In this document: one piece after another, positions 62,801 to 64,000 of the stretch
Layout of the letters: each line of letters opens with the position of its first letter
Position numbering within the stretch: the stretch's first letter is position 1
Assembly (NCBI RefSeq): GCF_006345805.1
Contig: NC_043008.1
Coordinates: 5,084,001 to 5,148,000 of the forward strand
Origin: Octopus sinensis
Taxonomy: Eukaryota
Direction of reading: 5' to 3'
DNA: 64,000 nucleotides
Made by a program: the position numbers and the translations under genes
The notes under the pieces: model-generated
Database searches by the model: none
What the model saw: only the letters and a program-made list of their open reading frames with translations
Told to the model about the DNA's origin: nothing

Positions 62801-63844
62801 CCTGTTTAAAGCTTTCACATGTTACTTTATCGACTGTCAGCAGATCTTCAAAACTTGTAACTCCAATCCTATGAAAAAGCAACAATCTCAATAGAGAAGA
62901 GTTTTCCCTGAGACAGTTGGACAGTGTAAACTCTACCAATTGTCTGTGGGATTCCTTTTGGTTGCCTTTCTCTCCTTTGCCAGGTCTTACTTGATGACTG
63001 CCGTATATAAAACTCAGGCAAGTTATAACAGAGAATACTTCTTGCTTCTGGATCTTCAGGATTCTTATCAAAGTAAGCAGGGAGTTTAGTTGTTTGAGCT
63101 GGCTGCAAAGTATATTCCAGGTTGTTTATATTGAAAACGACAAATGATTGGGCAAGTGAATCTGAAGGCATTCAACAGGACTTCTTTTGTTGAATTGGAA
63201 GTTCTAAAAGTCTCCATGATTCATATTTTGTGATCTTGTCTTGAGTTGCATTGCCATTCATTATTAATATGAACTTTGTATGTCTGTTGTAGCCAGGTGT
63301 TATAGAAGACCATTTGTCAGTTATCCATTTTGATGTCCCTTCAGTTGGGCTTCATTGACAATACAGTGGATAACAAGGCAAAGTCATGTTAGGCTCTTCA
63401 CATGGTCCATGTCTCATGTATTTCTTCATCAAACTGAATAGAGCAGCTGTATTTGGATAGTCTTGTTCAGGAAGTTCAGCAAAGACAACTTTGACAATTT
63501 CTTGCCATGAATTGTGACTGTTTTCTATTATAAATAGAAAGTGACAATGAGGTAGACCTCTTTTTTTTTTTTTTAAATTCAGTTGTGCTCACATATGCCA
63601 CTAACTTTTCCAAAACTATGGATTCGATGTCCTCTAGCAGTTGCTGTTGCTTCATTTTGAAAACTTGTGCTGTTTTGGCAGGACAATCCACTGCAGTTTG
63701 ATCTGAGTTTAGTTCTCTTGTTATTTCTTCCCTTTTTGGATTTACTGATAAAGGTGACAAAAAATGTAGGCTTTCCAAATTTCCTTATGTTGGCCATAGT
63801 GTCTTGGTAGTGCTTTGCCATTTATCTTTGGTTTTCAGTAAATA
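59822..63844 (-). mobile_element. Decayed autonomous-type Helitron (Rep plus PIF1 helicase pseudogene), split by a mariner
   Basis: Rep remnants YQDTMANIRKFGKPTFFVTF and EF(Q)K; Walker A DAPGGTGKT; DEAPM; PVMLL; TRNVVYIEIL. Probable 3' hairpin plus (C/T)TAG near 59822. Confidence 0.9.
60403..61634 (-). mobile_element. Full-length (1232 bp) mariner DD34D transposon, mellifera-subfamily-like, with defective transposase at 61473-60475
   Basis: TIRs TTGGGTTGGCCAA, TA duplications at 60401-60402 and 61635-61636. Motifs WVPHKL, TGDEKW, DNARPH[10 protein letters not shown] (D34D). Contains stops and frameshifts. Confidence 0.96.
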
Positions 63845-64000
63845 TATCAGGTCATCCCATAAGTTCTGTCCAAACTTTGAATCAAGAAATCAAGTGATCA
63901 AATGTTATACTTAATTGAAATTTAATCATCAATGTACTTTCCCTGATTTATCAATGACTTCCTTCCATCTATTTACAAGCTTTTTAATCCCATCTATGTA
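63845..64000 (-). mobile_element. End of a second, different mariner-type element (continues beyond the window)
   Basis: Transposase C-terminus YIDGIKKLVNRWKEVID..GKYIDD* (one frameshift); terminus TA-TCAGGTCATCCCATAAG differs from the first mariner's TIR. Confidence 0.75.

Overview
Eukaryotic, AT-rich, repeat-dense genomic DNA. The SINE/LINE and microsatellite content most resembles an octopod cephalopod (inferred, not proven). Two complete, divergently oriented spliced genes were reconstructed by hand, with consistent splice phases throughout. (1) Minus strand, 6 coding exons (24125-1893), 452 aa: a secreted protein with signal peptide, Arg/aromatic propeptide, peritrophin-A/CBM14 chitin-binding domain, Ser/Thr linker and an intact chymotrypsin-type S1A protease with a Met-IVGG activation site. 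(2) Plus strand, 9 coding exons (34793-57623), 405 aa: mRNA-decapping enzyme DCP2, with a U12-type minor intron and a 19-nt micro-exon. The rest is mostly mobile DNA. A terminally complete, internally deleted Helitron (12499-16389) carries a 69-bp, roughly 36-copy minisatellite encoding STPR-like 23-aa repeats. A second, decayed RepHel Helitron (59822-63844) is hit by two different mariners. Also present: RTE LINEs with a PHD-like finger inside the RT, CR1 fragments, three tRNA-derived SINE families, MITEs, hairpins and microsatellites. No prokaryotic systems, rRNA, genuine tRNA genes or CRISPR arrays were found. Family and superfamily names come from recalled motifs, not database searches.
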